A stretch of DNA of 63,686 nt, the filler included, from Polymyxa betae A26-41 (taxonomy: Eukaryota > Protista > Endomyxa: Phytomyxea), in assembly GCA_003693705.1 (NCBI GenBank). It is 10 parts of 10 records of this genome, joined end to end, with 100 filler letters (N's around TTAATTAATTAA, not from the genome) between each part and the next. Parts side by side here need not be neighbours in the genome. Positions count along the whole stretch, not along the records: positions 60,733 to 63,686 come from RBZT01000083.1; 9 more parts are not named here. The stretch is one strand, 5' to 3'. Below the pieces are notes generated by a model, which had not been told where the DNA came from, searched no databases, and saw nothing but the letters and a program-made list of their open reading frames with translations. Of this stretch, positions 61,215 through 63,686 are shown piece after piece. How positions within the stretch are numbered: the first letter of the stretch is position 1; each line of letters opens with the position of its first letter. A program made the position numbers and the translations under genes.

Positions 61215-63686
61215 ATATGAGCTCAAGCAAGGAATGGTACAAGCACCGAGCCTCAAATTGCCCTGCAAGCGGACGCTGGAAAGACCAAGAGTCGGTGTCG
61301 CAGAGTCAGGAAGCAAAAGAAGACGAGAGAGGCCTCGAGTAATGTTACTGATAACGACAAGTGCCGAAAATGTGGCCTGAACGGCCATTGGGCTAGAGGA
61401 TGCCGTTCGAAGAAACCGGTACCGCATCCGCAGACAGAGTCGAATGGTGATGAAGAGGCAAACGTGGCGTCCAACGAATTCCTGTTCATGGCGGACGAAG
61501 ATTCTCCCGGACCTGACAGTTGGCTGATGGACAGCGGAGCGTCCTCGCATATGGTCAACAGCATGAGTACACTTCAGAACCCGCGAAAGCTGCACACACC
61601 GGTCCGAATTACACTGGGCGATGGCGGAGCTGTTTTCGCTACGCACATGGGATCCGTGAAGCTGAACCCCAATATGACCTTTCACGACGTGCTCTACGTT
61701 CCAAAAATTGCGCGAGAACCTGTACTCCACTACAGCCGCCTGTAAAATTGACGGAATCGAAGCCCGTCGGTTTGGTGACACTTATCAGATTTTGAAATTT
61801 GGAAAATTGAATTTATCTGTTTCAAGAGTGAATGGCATGTTTAGGTTCAATCCAAGCGACCACTTTGAGCAATCTCAAACGGCCATGGTTACGATTCAGG
61901 ATCTACACAGGCGATGCGGTGACACAAATTACGGGACAATCAGGGAAATGATTAAGGACGGAATTCTGCCGCGACCGATCAATATTGATGATCCTTCCGC
62001 AAAACCATGCGTGACGGGCCCAAAGGGAAAACTGACGAGGGCGCCGATACCGCGAAAACGCCGGGACGTGAATTATGAGATTGGGGACCTAGTGCACAGT
62101 GATTCATGTGGTCCGATGCGGCGATGCCTACCAGATCATTAAGAGGAAACCGCTATCGATGCTAGTAATTTCGTCCACGTGGCCTTCCTGAGAGAAAAGC
62201 ACAGCAGCTTCAGCGATTTATGGTATACTGCGCAATGATGGTCCGGCAGTTCAATCGAGACCTTGCGGACTGATGGAGGAGGTGAATACGCCAATCGAGA
62301 CGCAAAAGACTACATGAAGACGCATGGAATTCGATGGGAGGTTCAGCGCCGAGAACACCGCAGCAGAACGGAAAAGCTGAAAGAATGAACCGTACCTTGG
62401 TGGAAATGGCGCGCTGCCTCCTGATTGATTCCGGATTGCCGAAAAGTTACTGGGAAGATGCGATCAAGATGGCCGCCTTTCTGCGCAGCAGAACACCGAC
62501 ATCATCGAACGATAACAGACAGACGCCTTACGAAATACTTCATGGTCAGAAGCCGGATTTGTCGGAAATGATTCTGTTCGGTGCAAGAGTTGAAGTTCAC
62601 ATTGACGAATCGATGCGGGACAAGCTCGATCCAAAAACGAGGACCTGCATTTTTTTAAATTATGTCGATGGCGTGAAAGCATGTGAATTCGAGGACATAC
62701 GAACACGACGTCGCTTCATATCACGCAACTGGCGAGCATTTGAGGTCATTTCGGAGCCGGTAACGTTCGAACCTGTGGAGAATATTGAGTGACTATCAGA
62801 CAACTTCATCTGGAATACCAGTTGGGATGTTTAGGAGCCGAAATCCGATCCAAAGTGATTCTGCCGAAGAAGACGTGAATCCGCACGGAAATCTCAACGA
62901 ACATCTGGACGAGATCTCAGAATGGACAGAGAATTCGGAATCAGCTTACGAGAGTGTTGTCGAGGACATGGAAGACAGCGCGGCACAGCCGATAGGCCTA
63001 AATCCAGTTTCATCATCGATATCATCAGAGCAGACGCTTAAGGAGGCAGTTCGGAGGAGTACCAGATCATCGAGGCGGCCAGACTTCCTGTTGAACTCTC
63101 AGCAGCTAGGATCCGCAGTCGAACAAAGTGAAGAACCGACATCTGATCACGAAGTGTTGAATGATACGAAGTGGAGAGGGGCCTTGCAGCAGGAATATGA
63201 CGCTCTAGTCCGCAATTACACGTGGGACCTAGTCGAGGCACCATCCGATCGAAATATCATCTGTGGAAAGTGGTGTTTCCGTGTTAAACCAGATGCAGCT
63301 GGAATTACGACTCGATATAAGGCCCGGTATGTTGCCCGTGGATTCACACAGAAGCCCGGTCATGATTATGACGAAACATTCTCTCCGGTTGTTTCTCTAA
63401 CATCACTGCGATGCATTTTATCAATGGCTGCGAGCAAGAAGATTGTCATGCCCATTGAGCATGACAGTACTCGCAGCCGCCCAGCCGACCACCAGGCAGT
63501 CGTACTGGCCCTTCCTGAGGGGCTGCGCAGAGGGCTGCGCCCCTGCTGACGATTCCTATAGGGGAAGAGCCCTAACTGCCGTCTTAAAAAGGCGATATAT
63601 GGTTTGAATCAGGCAGGGCGCGTATGGTGGAAACAGATCGACTCGTACCTGAAGGAAATTGGATTTACAAGCACATTGATGTGAAA
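61215..63686 (+). mobile_element. Copia LTR retrotransposon (degenerate gag-pol)
   Basis: [81 protein letters not shown]. Confidence 0.95.
63444..63578 (+). mobile_element. Truncated LTR inside Copia RT
   Basis: Same sequence as 54007-54142 (reverse complement). It replaces about 39 RT codons. Confidence 0.8.

Overview
Eukaryotic, repeat-rich DNA made of 10 separate contigs joined by artificial 100-bp linkers (N44-TTAATTAATTAA-N44, starting at 10057, 18877, 21223, 32655, 37356, 42946, 53797, 56208 and 60633), so adjacency across linkers is meaningless. Most of the window is decayed transposable elements: a DIRS/Ngaro-type tyrosine-recombinase retrotransposon, several PIF/Harbinger elements (some stacked end-to-end), a Gypsy chromovirus plus other Gypsy fragments, two Copia elements, an IS630/Tc1-like transposase remnant, two TA-flanked MITEs and solo or partial LTRs. 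Host sequences include tRNA-Ile(AAU), tRNA-Ala(AGC), a tRNA-Glu pseudogene, a multi-Myb protein, two glycosyltransferase-like membrane proteins, an intron-containing bacterial beta-class-like GST, a fungal-type FAS-alpha fragment, and a signal-peptide + F-box-like + ankyrin gene broken by a single TGA. The gene style (short introns, GC-rich CDS, secreted ankyrin protein) would fit a protist plant parasite such as a plasmodiophorid, but that cannot be verified here. No complete novel system is proven. The best leads are the secreted F-box/ankyrin gene, a 70-bp perfect palindrome with TGT..ACA ends and a 4-bp TSD, a very AT-rich Cys-rich ORF island, the FAS relic and the end-to-end Harbinger array.
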